A stretch of DNA of 54,646 nt, taken from a virus. Lineage: Duplodnaviria; Caudoviricetes. The notes under the pieces were generated by a model that ran no database searches, was not told where the DNA came from, and was given only the letters and a program-made list of their open reading frames with translations. Positions 18,090-27,450 of the stretch are shown here, piece after piece. The stretch lies in the IMG/VR virus record IMGVR_UViG_3300042312_000318, positions 1 through 54,646 of that record; one strand, written 5' to 3'. A program made the translations under genes and the position numbers. How positions within the stretch are numbered: position 1 is the stretch's first letter; the number at the start of each line of letters is the position of its first letter.

Positions 18090-19901
18090 GTGAAGATCGG
18101 CGCCCTGCTCGAATTCCTAGACTCGCCGATCACGATCGGCTGGGACACGAAGCCGAAGGACGCGCTCGCGTTCCTGCGTTCGCGCGGGCTTTCCGAGTTG
18201 TTCAGCTACGCCGACATGGTGGGCGAGGAGCGCGCGGCCGCGTCCGTGATCGCGAAGATGATGGACACGGACCTCCTGGCGACCGTGCACCAAAGCCTGA
18301 TCGATGCAGCGGAGCGCGGCACGCCGTATCAGGAGTGGGCGCGCAGCATCACGCCGATGCTGCAGGAAAAGGGATGGTGGGGCCGGCGCGAAGTCATCGA
18401 CCCGGCCACAGGCCTCAAGGTCACCGCGCAACTGGGGGCACCATACCGCCTGCAGACGATCTTTCGGACCAACATGCAGACGGCCTACGCCGTGGGCATG
18501 TGGCAGCAGATCGCCGCCCAGGCCCAAGACGCGCCCTACCTGCTGTACGATGCCGTGGACGATCACCGCACGCGGCCTGATCACGCGGCGTGGGATGGCA
18601 CGGTGCTGCCCGTGTCGCATCCCTGGTGGCGCACGCACACCCCGCCGAACGGCTGGAATTGCCGTTGCAGTATCATCCAACTGTCTAAAGACGACCTGGA
18701 CGACCTCGGCCTGCAGGTCACGGCCGTGCCGGCGCAGGGCACCTACGACTGGACGAACCCGCGCACTGGCAAAGTCGAGCGCATCCCGCTCGGCATCGAT
18801 CCGGGGTTTGACCACAACCCGGGCGCGAAGCGGCTGGAGGAGTTGCGCCGGCTCGCGGGCGAGAAGATTGAGGCGCTGCCCGCGGAGATCCGCGAGGCTG
18901 GGCGGGAGGGGCTGCGGGCGGCGCAGCGCACGGCCGACCTGCAGTTCAATGCGTCAACCGCTGCCGGCGCCTGGCACGTCAAGTCGTGGCGCGGCGCGCA
19001 GGAATGGCTGATGCCCATCGTCGTGCGCGAGCAGGCGGTGAACGTGACCACGCTCCCCGGTGGCGCCTATGCGACCTTCGGCTCGTCGGTCAACATGCCG
19101 CCGGCCTACACGACCGCGAGCCTTGAACACCTCGCGACTTGGCGCCACAAGTTCGGCCACATCCTCGACGTGCGCATCGGCAGCCTGGCCAGCTCGGGCG
19201 GCACACGAGCGCTTGGCCGCGTCTCGGCCGGCGATGCGTTTACCAATGCGATGCGCGCCGATGCCCGCGACCTGATTAAACAGGCGCACATGGGCGGGGC
19301 GAAGGACATGCCGAAGCGTGCGGAGCTGGTCGAGACCTACCGCCGCCTGCAGCCGACCCTGATCGACATGACGCCCGAGGGCCGGCGCGAGTACCTGCAG
19401 CAGCGTGCCGGCGCCCTGGGCATTGATCTCGCCGCGCTCCGCGCCGAACTCAAGGCCAACAGCGCTGCCCTGTTCGACACGCTGGCCGGCGACATCCGCA
19501 TGGCGCGGATTCTGGAGGCGATCGAGCGGCGAGACGTTGAGCGCTTCGTCGCCGAGGCCGCGGGCATGGACACCACGGGTCAGCTGGTCGGTGCATCTGT
19601 CGATGATCGCCGCGCGCACTTCATCGCCGTCCGCGACAGTTGGAACAAGGGTATGCTCGGATCGTTCGCCGACCTGATCGGTGCCGCGACCCGCAACAAA
19701 CTGGCGAGCGTCGGGGCCGGCTTCCCCGGCCACACAGAGGCCTACTACCGTAAGCGCGCGGGCTTCGGACAGCAAACCGAGGCGTTCGCGAACCTGACGG
19801 CGTCCGCCGGTGCGCCGAGCGCGCTGTGGTGGGAGCTGGCCCGGCGCTTTTTCCCGCGCATGGCGCGCGAGTTCGAGAGGATTGTTCGCAATGGCGACTG
19901 A
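18090..19901 (+). CDS. Mu gpF-like minor head protein with C-terminal metallopeptidase-like extension
   Basis: RLQTIFRTN, D.RTRP.H, PPNGWNCRC; C-terminal WRHKFGH...TEAFAN. Confidence 0.85.
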   Translation: MKIGALLEFLDSPITIGWDTKPKDALAFLRSRGLSELFSYADMVGEERAAASVIAKMMDTDLLATVHQSLIDAAERGTPYQEWARSITPMLQEKGWWGRREVIDPATGLKVTAQLGAPYRLQTIFRTNMQTAYAVGMWQQIAAQAQDAPYLLYDAVDDHRTRPDHAAWDGTVLPVSHPWWRTHTPPNGWNCRCSIIQLSKDDLDDLGLQVTAVPAQGTYDWTNPRTGKVERIPLGIDPGFDHNPGAKRLEELRRLAGEKIEALPAEIREAGREGLRAAQRTADLQFNASTAAGAWHVKSWRGAQEWLMPIVVREQAVNVTTLPGGAYATFGSSVNMPPAYTTASLEHLATWRHKFGHILDVRIGSLASSGGTRALGRVSAGDAFTNAMRADARDLIKQAHMGGAKDMPKRAELVETYRRLQPTLIDMTPEGRREYLQQRAGALGIDLAALRAELKANSAALFDTLAGDIRMARILEAIERRDVERFVAEAAGMDTTGQLVGASVDDRRAHFIAVRDSWNKGMLGSFADLIGAATRNKLASVGAGFPGHTEAYYRKRAGFGQQTEAFANLTASAGAPSALWWELARRFFPRMAREFERIVRNGD

Positions 19902-20076
19902 GGCTTTCGCTGCCCTCATGGGGCGCTACATTGATGCTTTCGGGCAGGCTCCGCTTCACGTCATCGGCATGGATGACGACACGCTCGCCGGGCTCATGAC
20001 CGAGGCCCTGGACAGGGGCCGGCCGATCTCAGAAGAGGACTACGACCGCGACCTGCCCGAGGGCGCGGATCGCTGA
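19891..20076 (+). CDS. Small acidic protein, candidate MuF immunity protein
   Basis: 61 aa; overlaps the gpF stop. Confidence 0.55.
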   Translation: MATEAFAALMGRYIDAFGQAPLHVIGMDDDTLAGLMTEALDRGRPISEEDYDRDLPEGADR

Positions 20077-20080
20077 TCGG

Positions 20081-20374
20081 TCAGTCCTCGTCGTCCTGGC
20101 GCACGGGGTTCGGCGGCAGCAGGCGCTTCCGCGGCACGGGCGGCACGTCGAACCCGAGCGCGCGACACATATCATCGAAGGTCTCGGCCTCGTCCGTCGG
20201 CAACCAAGTACGCACGCCGATCGCCAGCTTGCGCACGCGCTCCGGCGACGGCCCAGCATGTTCGCTCGGCGTGTGGCCGCTGGCCGGCCATCGCCAAGAC
20301 ACAGCGGGGCGCGGCAGGAACATCACCGCGGCGATGATCGCACCGAATACCGCGATATAGACGATCTCGTGCAT
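20081..20374 (-). CDS. Hypothetical protein with N-terminal TM
   Basis: AAGGA RBS; last gene of the inverted island. Confidence 0.55.
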   Translation of the reverse strand: MHEIVYIAVFGAIIAAVMFLPRPAVSWRWPASGHTPSEHAGPSPERVRKLAIGVRTWLPTDEAETFDDMCRALGFDVPPVPRKRLLPPNPVRQDDED

Positions 20375-20586
20375 GGAATTTCCTTTCGCTTTTCTGCTGC
20401 GTATTCACCCTCACGAATGCGGCCGGCCCTCTCCGCGAGGGTAGCCTGTCGGGGCTGGTTAGGGACCGACATCCCGTATCCAACCGCATGCGTGAAGATG
20501 CTTAGAAGGTGCCCGGCATCTTGGGACCGGGCACCCATTGCAATGTGTTGCGTCATTCGTCTTTCATCGCGATCTCCTGCTGTGCT

Positions 20587-20740
20587 CTTTAGGGGGTCGG
20601 ACTCGGGCCGGTGCTGCTATCGACTTCTATCCGGCTTGATTGGATTCCCGACGTGTGGGACCTGACTGAAACAACCCACTCCGTACCGCTCGCCCGTCAC
20701 TACGCATCAGCCTGCGCATTCCGAATCCGCCCCCCTAAAG
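20587..20740 (-). ncRNA. Cloverleaf-like structured RNA candidate
   Basis: 20-bp near-perfect terminal inverted repeat enclosing the TGCGCA-GGCTGA-TGCGTA and GCCGG..CCGGC hairpins. Confidence 0.5.
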
Positions 20741-20839
20741 ACGCCACGATGGGGCGTGGCGTCCCTTGCTCTCTGCATGTTGCGGCGCTCATGCTGGCCG
20801 TTACGGTGTCTTCGGCGCTCTCCTTGGGATAAGTCGGGA

Positions 20840-21181
20840 TTACAGCGATTGCGCGTATTCTTTCAAATCTTCCCATGCAGCCGGACTGTGGTCGTACCAT
20901 CTGTCGCCTTCAAGATACCAATGCTGGCTGCCTTCGTCGTAATGGATACTCAGCTTGACCGCTCGGCCTTGCACATAATCGAGGCGTATTTTCTTGTGAT
21001 CGGTGAGCTTTGCTTCGTCAGCACTGGCTAAAATCCAGCTAAGCTCATCTTCTGGGATGGGGCCGGGCATGAAATGGAGAATTCCCATCCCCTGCGGCTT
21101 GGACAGGTCGAATGCCTTCGCGATGACCTTCGGGAGATTCTCGCGGTTGATCTGGATTCGTGTTGCTGTTTGTGTGCTCAT
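20840..21181 (-). CDS. Hypothetical protein
   Basis: GAGG RBS; DYVQGRAVK. Confidence 0.7.
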   Translation of the reverse strand: MSTQTATRIQINRENLPKVIAKAFDLSKPQGMGILHFMPGPIPEDELSWILASADEAKLTDHKKIRLDYVQGRAVKLSIHYDEGSQHWYLEGDRWYDHSPAAWEDLKEYAQSL

Positions 21182-21237
21182 ATCGCCCTCACTGGTTGGA
21201 ATAAGTGTCTAGATTGACGGCTGCGGCCGGCCATTTC

Positions 21238-21513
21238 TCAATGGTTAACCCTCCCGGGCTCTGTTGGGGCGGATGCCTCCGAATCGTCGCTGCCCAGGTG
21301 CAGCTTGAACTTCGGCAACTCGCCCGGCTTCGCGCGCCGGACTTCGAACGCCTCGACGGCGTTAACCCATGGTCGCCCCGCGCTGTCCTGGGTCATGATG
21401 TCGTAGCGCACGGAGCCGCCGAGCTTCATGTGCGTTTCGACGACATAGCCGATCGCCGACGGGGTTTCGGACACGCGGACGACGGGCGTCCCGGGTAGAT
21501 AGTAGTCGGCCAT
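21238..21513 (-). CDS. Hypothetical protein
   Basis: Tightly packed after the KTSC gene. Confidence 0.55.
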   Translation of the reverse strand: MADYYLPGTPVVRVSETPSAIGYVVETHMKLGGSVRYDIMTQDSAGRPWVNAVEAFEVRRAKPGELPKFKLHLGSDDSEASAPTEPGRVNH

Positions 21514-21515
21514 AC

Positions 21516-21776
21516 TTAGGCGTCCTCGGCGATGCGCGCGTAGCGGAACTTGCCTGGATACGGCTTGATGTGGCGGTAGAAGTGCGAGCCCATCGACTCG
21601 GCATCGCGGAACGCAGCCCAGTCCTCGGGCGACACGTCGTCGTAGTGGTAGAGCGATCCGGGCGAGTCGCCCTTGCCCTTGAACCGGATCGCGAGGGTCC
21701 GGCTGTCGGCGTCGTAGCCGATGGCGGCAATCTGCGAGGAATCGACGGGGGTAAGCGGGATATTGGGGTAGGACAT
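21516..21776 (-). CDS. KTSC-domain protein
   Basis: V.SSQI.AIGYD...TL.IRF...Y.Y..V....AF..A.S.G.HF..HIK. Confidence 0.88.
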   Translation of the reverse strand: MSYPNIPLTPVDSSQIAAIGYDADSRTLAIRFKGKGDSPGSLYHYDDVSPEDWAAFRDAESMGSHFYRHIKPYPGKFRYARIAEDA

Positions 21777-21815
21777 ATTGGCCTCGTGGTGTGCGGCTTC
21801 GCCGCGGTGGGTGAA

Positions 21816-22109
21816 TCAGGGCCGCTTATTCGCTTTGATCGCGAGCAGCTTCTGCGTCATTTCGACAGCCATCTGTTTTCCGTCGTGGCGGTCGGGGTGG
21901 CACAGCAATAACAACTTTCGCGGGTCATCGTCCGATAGCGATGGGTCGCCATGGACAATTCGCGCGCTTACAAGGAACCTTTCCCCGCCGAGATTATTGA
22001 TCCGCCCGACGAGCTTGTTCCATTCTTCCAATAGGCCTTTAAAAGCCGCGATTAGAGCGGAGTGCTCGGCACGTAGGCGATCGTACTTTGCAGACGAAGT
22101 CAGCATCAC
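21816..22109 (-). CDS. Small protein with J-domain-like HPD motif
   Basis: KLLLLCHPDRHDG at the C-terminus. Confidence 0.6.
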   Translation of the reverse strand: MMLTSSAKYDRLRAEHSALIAAFKGLLEEWNKLVGRINNLGGERFLVSARIVHGDPSLSDDDPRKLLLLCHPDRHDGKQMAVEMTQKLLAIKANKRP

Positions 22110-22582
22110 CCAGCCTCGGCGCCGCGCACCATGGTCCGGTCTAGGGATTCAATCGCGGCCACCGCCAGCGCGGCGATTTTCACCATTCGCTCACGGTAAT
22201 TGAGCGCTATGGGATAGTGGGAAAGTGCTGCATAGCTGGCCTGTTTGTCGATAAGCTTCAGCCAGTCAGCAAAGGTGTTGGCATTGTCGTTCTCGGAACC
22301 GCCCCACTGCCGGTCCTGGCGCACGCGCTCGGCGATCACCTCGTCGTACACCGTCGGATAGGCCCGCGTGACCGATCCATCTTCCGCGTTCACGATGAAC
22401 GCCGGCGGCTCCGTCGCACCCTGCAGTGCCACGACGACGGGCTTGAGCAGCAGGTTTGCGTCGCAGGCCTTGATTGCCTCGCGCGTGGTCTGGACGACTA
22501 GCCGCGGCTGGCCATCGTCGTCGTCGCCGATCTCGATCAGTTGGCCATGGATGGCGAAGGGGAGCAGGTTCTCGTTGGGCAT
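22106..22582 (-). CDS. Hypothetical protein
   Basis: ERVRQD..WG...MVKIAALAVAAIE C-terminal module. Confidence 0.65.
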   Translation of the reverse strand: MPNENLLPFAIHGQLIEIGDDDDGQPRLVVQTTREAIKACDANLLLKPVVVALQGATEPPAFIVNAEDGSVTRAYPTVYDEVIAERVRQDRQWGGSENDNANTFADWLKLIDKQASYAALSHYPIALNYRERMVKIAALAVAAIESLDRTMVRGAEAG

Positions 22583-22727
22583 GCGTGCGTTCTCAGAGGG
22601 ACGCCCCCGCCGCGGTCGGGGGCCGGGTGTCTACGCTACAGCCGCCACGGTCGGCTGCGCGGGGTACGGGCTGGAGAAGCCCGGCACGGGTGACGACTTG
22701 GCGGCCCCGCGTCGGCCTGGGGATGGG

Positions 22728-23117
22728 TTACGACGCTTCGTTCGCCTGGCTGCTGTAGCCGATCGCGTCGAGGCCGTAGGGCTCGGACGACGCCGGTTTG
22801 TAGGCCATGTAGTCGCCGACCACAAGGTAAAACGGCTCGCCCTCGCCCTCGGCTATGTGGGTCATGTCGAGCTTATTCAGATTTCCCTGGCTGTCGATCA
22901 GATAAAGATCGAGGCCGGCACCCGGCGGCACTCGCTGCCCGTTGGGCGCGGTCAGCATCATGCCGATGCGAGTGGGTACGTTCGCAAACGGATTCACGCC
23001 GCCGGCGGCGAGCTGCGGTGCAACGCGGAACGGGGCAGACCATGTCTCGGCAGTCGTCGGCGCAATAATGGGCGCGGCGAGCGCCGAGGGCTGTATGGGA
23101 TTTGGCGGTGGCAGCAT
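22728..23117 (-). CDS. Hypothetical protein
   Basis: GAGG RBS. Confidence 0.6.
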   Translation of the reverse strand: MLPPPNPIQPSALAAPIIAPTTAETWSAPFRVAPQLAAGGVNPFANVPTRIGMMLTAPNGQRVPPGAGLDLYLIDSQGNLNKLDMTHIAEGEGEPFYLVVGDYMAYKPASSEPYGLDAIGYSSQANEAS

Positions 23118-23158
23118 CGGGTGTTTCCTCAGTTGTGGCCCGGGTTTTCCGGGCGGGC

Positions 23159-23326
23159 TTATTTGGCGCCGGAGACGGCACCGATGACCAGCAGCAGCCA
23201 GAACGCATAAACGGCGAGGAAGCCGGCCAAGTCGCGGGCTGTAAAGCTGGGGTTCGGGTTGGCGCGGCGCGCGGCCTGGATCAGAGGCAGCAGCCAGCGC
23301 GGGCGGCGGATGGCCTTGGCGGTCAT
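23159..23326 (-). CDS. 55-aa single-TM protein
   Basis: Manual translation MTAKAIRRPRW...FLAVYAFWLLLVIGAVSGAK; ATGA coupling. Confidence 0.5.
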   Translation of the reverse strand: MTAKAIRRPRWLLPLIQAARRANPNPSFTARDLAGFLAVYAFWLLLVIGAVSGAK

Positions 23327-23676
23327 GGGGCGCGGTCCGTAAGCGTTTGAGCGATTCGACCTTTTTGATTCTTGCGGCCTCTTGCGGCCTTTGGTTTTCG
23401 CCTTTCGCTTATCGGCAAAGAATCCGCGGGCCGGAGAATCGTCATAAGCATGGTGCGAATGCCAGCCCCCACCTCGGGGCCACGCTTCATATTCACCTGC
23501 ATTGCTAAGCCTGCTTTCTCGGCTCGTTCGATATAGCGGTAGGTTGTGGCTCGGCCCAGCCCGAGGTCTTGACTAATCTGCTCTGGCCTTATCCATCCGC
23601 CGTTGGCTTGTGTCGGAGAAAGCACATAAAGCAGGAATTCAATCCACTTTTCTTGAGACACGGTCCGCTTCATCAT
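23323..23676 (-). CDS. HTH protein
   Basis: PEQISQDLGLGRATTYRYI; lower GC than its neighbours. Confidence 0.65.
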   Translation of the reverse strand: MMKRTVSQEKWIEFLLYVLSPTQANGGWIRPEQISQDLGLGRATTYRYIERAEKAGLAMQVNMKRGPEVGAGIRTMLMTILRPADSLPISERRKPKAARGRKNQKGRIAQTLTDRAP

Positions 23677-24137
23677 TTCGCCCCGTCCGTCAGTGTTTCA
23701 ACAGCTTCCCAAAGGGCGCAGAGCGCATCGCCTTCGCCTTCGCTGCCGAGGGCCTGCATCGAAGTTGCGTTCAGCGTGGCCAACTCCGCAAACACGCGGT
23801 CTTGCTCGTCCGCCAACTTCACCAATCGGGCCGCTAGGGCCGCGGCAACATCTTCATCTGGTGCGCCGGTCAGCAGCTCGGCAGCTTGGCGCGCAGCTTC
23901 GGTCAGGGTGGTTGGCCCGCTCACGGCCGCAACTCGACCGGCGCGGGCGACATGTTGCGCGATGCGCATCGCGTCAAGGGCGTAGCCCTGAGCGACTTTG
24001 GTGAGGCCTGCCCATGCGAAGGTTTCGGCGAAAGATGCACAGTGGCGCACGGCTACAATGGCTCGGCGACGAGTGATGCGCTCGCCTGCGTCGATCGCGG
24101 CGATGGTCGCAGTCGGCATATGGCTGTCGTGGATCAT
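23673..24137 (-). CDS. Hypothetical protein
   Basis: ATGA coupling on both sides. Confidence 0.6.
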   Translation of the reverse strand: MIHDSHMPTATIAAIDAGERITRRRAIVAVRHCASFAETFAWAGLTKVAQGYALDAMRIAQHVARAGRVAAVSGPTTLTEAARQAAELLTGAPDEDVAAALAARLVKLADEQDRVFAELATLNATSMQALGSEGEGDALCALWEAVETLTDGAK

Positions 24138-24328
24138 GCCGCAGCGCCTTCGGTTCTGTGCATCGCGTCCAGTCGCGCGGCGCGGCGCAAATGCAGAGGC
24201 CGGGCGTCGTTTTCCTCGGCTAGGTGCGCGTCGAGGCCGGCGCGGATGCGCGCGGTCAGTTCGGCATCGGCCTCGAATTCGAGCGGAACGCTGGGGTCGG
24301 GCGGGTCCAGCGGAAAAAAGGCTTTCAT
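24134..24328 (-). CDS. Hypothetical protein (first gene of the inverted island)
   Basis: AGGAG RBS. Confidence 0.55.
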   Translation of the reverse strand: MKAFFPLDPPDPSVPLEFEADAELTARIRAGLDAHLAEENDARPLHLRRAARLDAMHRTEGAAA

Positions 24329-24365
24329 CGTGATCTCCTGCCCGGTCCTGCCGGGCACGATGGAT

Positions 24366-24395
24366 AAGCTACCGTCGGTAGCATGCCAATGTCAA
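24366..24395 (-). promoter_or_regulatory. Promoter TTGACA-18-TAGCTT with operator CTACCGTCGGTAG
   Basis: Consensus -35; 29-bp block nearly identical to 48443-48471. Confidence 0.75.
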
Positions 24396-24420
24396 CTATC
24401 CGCCGCAACCGTCCGTCGGA

Positions 24421-24461
24421 AATGGTCCCACCTGTTAAATCTGCGACATGCGTGCGACATT
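24421..24461 (+). promoter_or_regulatory. Putative late promoter (AATGGTCCCACC plus GACATT)
   Basis: Shared with the lysis-gene upstream region. Confidence 0.6.
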
Positions 24462-24483
24462 TCGCGCGACCCCGGGAGGGCGC

Positions 24484-25584
24484 ATGCAGCACTTCGAAAT
24501 TTTCAAGCCGGGCAAGCACATCGCCGCCAGCGGTCACGCTCTCAGCTTCACCGAGTCGGACCTGGAGGCATCGATCCGTGCCTACGATCCGGCGATCCAC
24601 GAGGCGCCGATCGTCGTCGGACATCCGAAGGACAACGGCCCGGCCTACGGGTGGGTGTCGAAGTTGGAGTACGCCGACGGCGCAATGGTCGCTCATTCTT
24701 CGCAGGTCGATCCGCAGTTTACCGAGATGGTTGAGTCCGGCCGCTTCAAGAAGCGCAGCGCATCGTTCTACGCACCGGATGCCCCGAACAACCCGGTCCC
24801 GGGCACCTACTACCTGCGCCACGTCGGGTTCCTCGGCGCGATGCCGCCGGCGATCAAGGGCCTCAAGGACGTTTCTTTCAACGAGGACGAGGAGGGCGTA
24901 ATCGAATTCGCCGACTCGACACGTTGGGCTTGGTCGAGCGTCAGCGCGTTACTGCGTGGTCTGCGCGACTGGCTCATTGCCGAAAAGGGTGTAGAGATCG
25001 CTGATCGCACTCTGCCGAACTACTACCTGTCCGACCTCGATGCAGCCGCACGCGAACCGAGCGAGCCCAGCGAGTCGATCAGCAACCCCATCCCATCCTT
25101 TACCGAGGCCACCGATATGACCCTCACCCCCGCACAGATCGCCGAACTGCAGGTCAAGGCCGCGCGCGCCGATGCCGCCGAAAACGAACTCGCCAAGGTC
25201 AAGGGCGAACGCGACAAGGCCGTGGCCGACTTCTCCGAACTGCAGACCGAGCACACGAAGATCGTGAAGCAGGTCTCGCTCGCCGGCATCAAGGCCGCGA
25301 TCGATCCGCACGTCAAGGCCGGCCGCGTACTGCCCGCCGAAGTCGATCAGCTGGCGGAATTCGCCGCCACGCTCGACGACGGCTCCGCGACGTTCGACTT
25401 CGGCGAGGGCGACGGTGCGAAAAAGGTCACTGCGCGCGGCATGTTCCTGGCGCAGTTGGGCATGCGCCCGAAGGTCGTCGAGTACCGCGAGGTCTCCAGC
25501 CCCGAGCTTTCGGCCGAACAAAAGAGCATCGCCGACGCGCAGGCGTCGATCATGGCGCAGGTCACCGGCGCCGCGGCCAAGTAA
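24484..25584 (+). CDS. Mu gpI-like capsid maturation protease/scaffold
   Basis: EAPIVVGHP...PAYGWV, SASFY, LRHVGFLGAMPPAIKGL. Confidence 0.88.
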   Translation: MQHFEIFKPGKHIAASGHALSFTESDLEASIRAYDPAIHEAPIVVGHPKDNGPAYGWVSKLEYADGAMVAHSSQVDPQFTEMVESGRFKKRSASFYAPDAPNNPVPGTYYLRHVGFLGAMPPAIKGLKDVSFNEDEEGVIEFADSTRWAWSSVSALLRGLRDWLIAEKGVEIADRTLPNYYLSDLDAAAREPSEPSESISNPIPSFTEATDMTLTPAQIAELQVKAARADAAENELAKVKGERDKAVADFSELQTEHTKIVKQVSLAGIKAAIDPHVKAGRVLPAEVDQLAEFAATLDDGSATFDFGEGDGAKKVTARGMFLAQLGMRPKVVEYREVSSPELSAEQKSIADAQASIMAQVTGAAAK

Positions 25585-25629
25585 CCGCCGCCCGCTACTC
25601 CCGAATCACTCTTTCCCGAGGAACCCCTC

Positions 25630-26013
25630 ATGACGACTTACACCGAACCGCGCCGCCCGTTGGAGTTCCTCTCCTGGGAAGCCGAGCACCATCTGACCCG
25701 CGAAGAAGGCACCCTCGCCGCCAACCAGGGCGACCTGCTCGCCGGCACCGTGCTCGCAAAGCTCACCAGTGGCGGACAACTCGTGGTCTACGACAACGCC
25801 AGCGCCACCGCCGGGGTGGCCTACGGCATCCTCGCGTACCCGGTCGCAAACAGCAGCTCGACGCAGAAAGTGACGGTCATCGAGCGCATGGCCGTGGTCA
25901 AAGCTTCGCTCATCTCCTGGCGCACGAACGACGGCACCGGTATCGCCAGCGGCAAGACCGACCTGCTCGGCAAGAACATCCGCTTCATCGATCCCTCCGG
26001 CACCGGCGTCTGA
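25630..26013 (+). CDS. Head decoration protein
   Basis: L.AGTVLAK...G....YD......A.GIL; between protease and capsid. Confidence 0.75.
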   Translation: MTTYTEPRRPLEFLSWEAEHHLTREEGTLAANQGDLLAGTVLAKLTSGGQLVVYDNASATAGVAYGILAYPVANSSSTQKVTVIERMAVVKASLISWRTNDGTGIASGKTDLLGKNIRFIDPSGTGV

Positions 26014-26060
26014 CCGCCGCCTCACCTCATTCCTAACCCACCATCCAGCCGAGGACTCTC

Positions 26061-27029
26061 ATGGATATCTACCGCGACTATTTCACCCGCGAGGAGCTCG
26101 TCCGCGTCCTCGCGCAGACGCCCTACACCCCGGGACTCCTGGGCGAGCTGGGCCTGTTCGAGCCGGTCCCGCTCACCGGCACGACCTTCGCCGTCGAAGA
26201 AGAAACGAAGGACAGCGCACGCGTCCTGATCGCGCATCCGCGCGGCGCTCCGCGCGATCAGACGACTCTCGACAAGCGGAAGGTGCATAACTTCGCCGTG
26301 ACCGACGTCTACGGCGACCAGGGCAACGTGTTCGCGGACGAAGTGCTGGCCGCTCGCGGAGCCGGCACCACCGGCGCAAAGGAAGTCCTCACCGATCGCC
26401 GCAATCGTCTCGTGGCGAAGCTGCGCCGGGATATCGACCTGACGCACGAAAACCTGCGGATGCAGTGCATCCTGAGCCCGGCGAGCACCGAGTTCGGCGC
26501 CGCCGCGTCTTCGGTTGCGATCGCCGTGCAGACCGACACCACGAAGCTGCGCCAGGAGATCTTCAATAAGATCACCCTGCCGATGGAAGCCGCGCTGGAC
26601 GGCCTGTCGTTCGGCGAGCCGCTGGTGTTGTGTTCGAACGGCTACTGGGCCGATCTGATCGAAGCCAAGTCGATCAAGGATACCTATTTGAATTATCAGG
26701 CCGCGGCGGAACTGCGCGGTGCGGTGGCAGAAGAATTCGTGTTCGGCGGCGTGCGCTGGCGCCGTTACCGCGGCTCGGGCAACGTCAAGATCCCGGACAA
26801 CCAAGCGCGCGCGATCCCGACCGGCGTGAAGGGCACGTTCTGGCTGCCGATGGCCCCGAACGACACCATGGAATCGGTCGGCACCGGTGCGCTGGGCCAG
26901 CCGTACTACATGGGCAGCAAGCCGTTCGGCGACTCGCAGGGCACGAAGGGCTGGGAAGTTTCGATCCAGTCGCACGTTCGCGCCATCTGCGGCCGACCGG
27001 CCTGCATCATCCCGATCACCAAGTCGTAA
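26061..27029 (+). CDS. Major capsid protein (gpE-like)
   Basis: PGLLGELGLF, PRGAP, F.FGGV.W.RY; position. Confidence 0.85.
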   Translation: MDIYRDYFTREELVRVLAQTPYTPGLLGELGLFEPVPLTGTTFAVEEETKDSARVLIAHPRGAPRDQTTLDKRKVHNFAVTDVYGDQGNVFADEVLAARGAGTTGAKEVLTDRRNRLVAKLRRDIDLTHENLRMQCILSPASTEFGAAASSVAIAVQTDTTKLRQEIFNKITLPMEAALDGLSFGEPLVLCSNGYWADLIEAKSIKDTYLNYQAAAELRGAVAEEFVFGGVRWRRYRGSGNVKIPDNQARAIPTGVKGTFWLPMAPNDTMESVGTGALGQPYYMGSKPFGDSQGTKGWEVSIQSHVRAICGRPACIIPITKS

Positions 27030-27039
27030 CGGGATCGGG

Positions 27040-27450
27040 ATGCCGTACTGCACCGCCACCGCGTTCAAGGAGCGATTCGGGACCGAGGAGCACGATCAGC
27101 TGATCGCCTCGGGCTCGGACCGCACCTACGCCTCGGCGTCTGCGGATGCGGATTCGCTTATCGACGCGGCACTGGTCTCGGCGGGTTACGCCATCCCGAT
27201 CGCGACCGTGCCGGCCTTCATCGTCGGGATTGCGGCGGACCTCACCCGTTACGAGCTGTACGACGAGGCGCCGACGAACGAGGTGCGCGAGCGCCGTAAG
27301 CTGGCGATGGATCTGCTGCGCGACATTCGCGACGGCAAACTCTCGGTCGTCGGCGCGACGCGAACGGAGACCGTCTCGACGATTGCCGTGTCCGCCGCGC
27401 CGATCACCTTCGATACCGCGACGACCGATCGATTCATCGGGGGGCTGTGA
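27040..27450 (+). CDS. Head-tail connector (Mu gp36/DUF1320-like)
   Basis: MPYCT...RFG..E, ADL.RY.LY, LRDI.DGK. Confidence 0.8.
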   Translation: MPYCTATAFKERFGTEEHDQLIASGSDRTYASASADADSLIDAALVSAGYAIPIATVPAFIVGIAADLTRYELYDEAPTNEVRERRKLAMDLLRDIRDGKLSVVGATRTETVSTIAVSAAPITFDTATTDRFIGGL

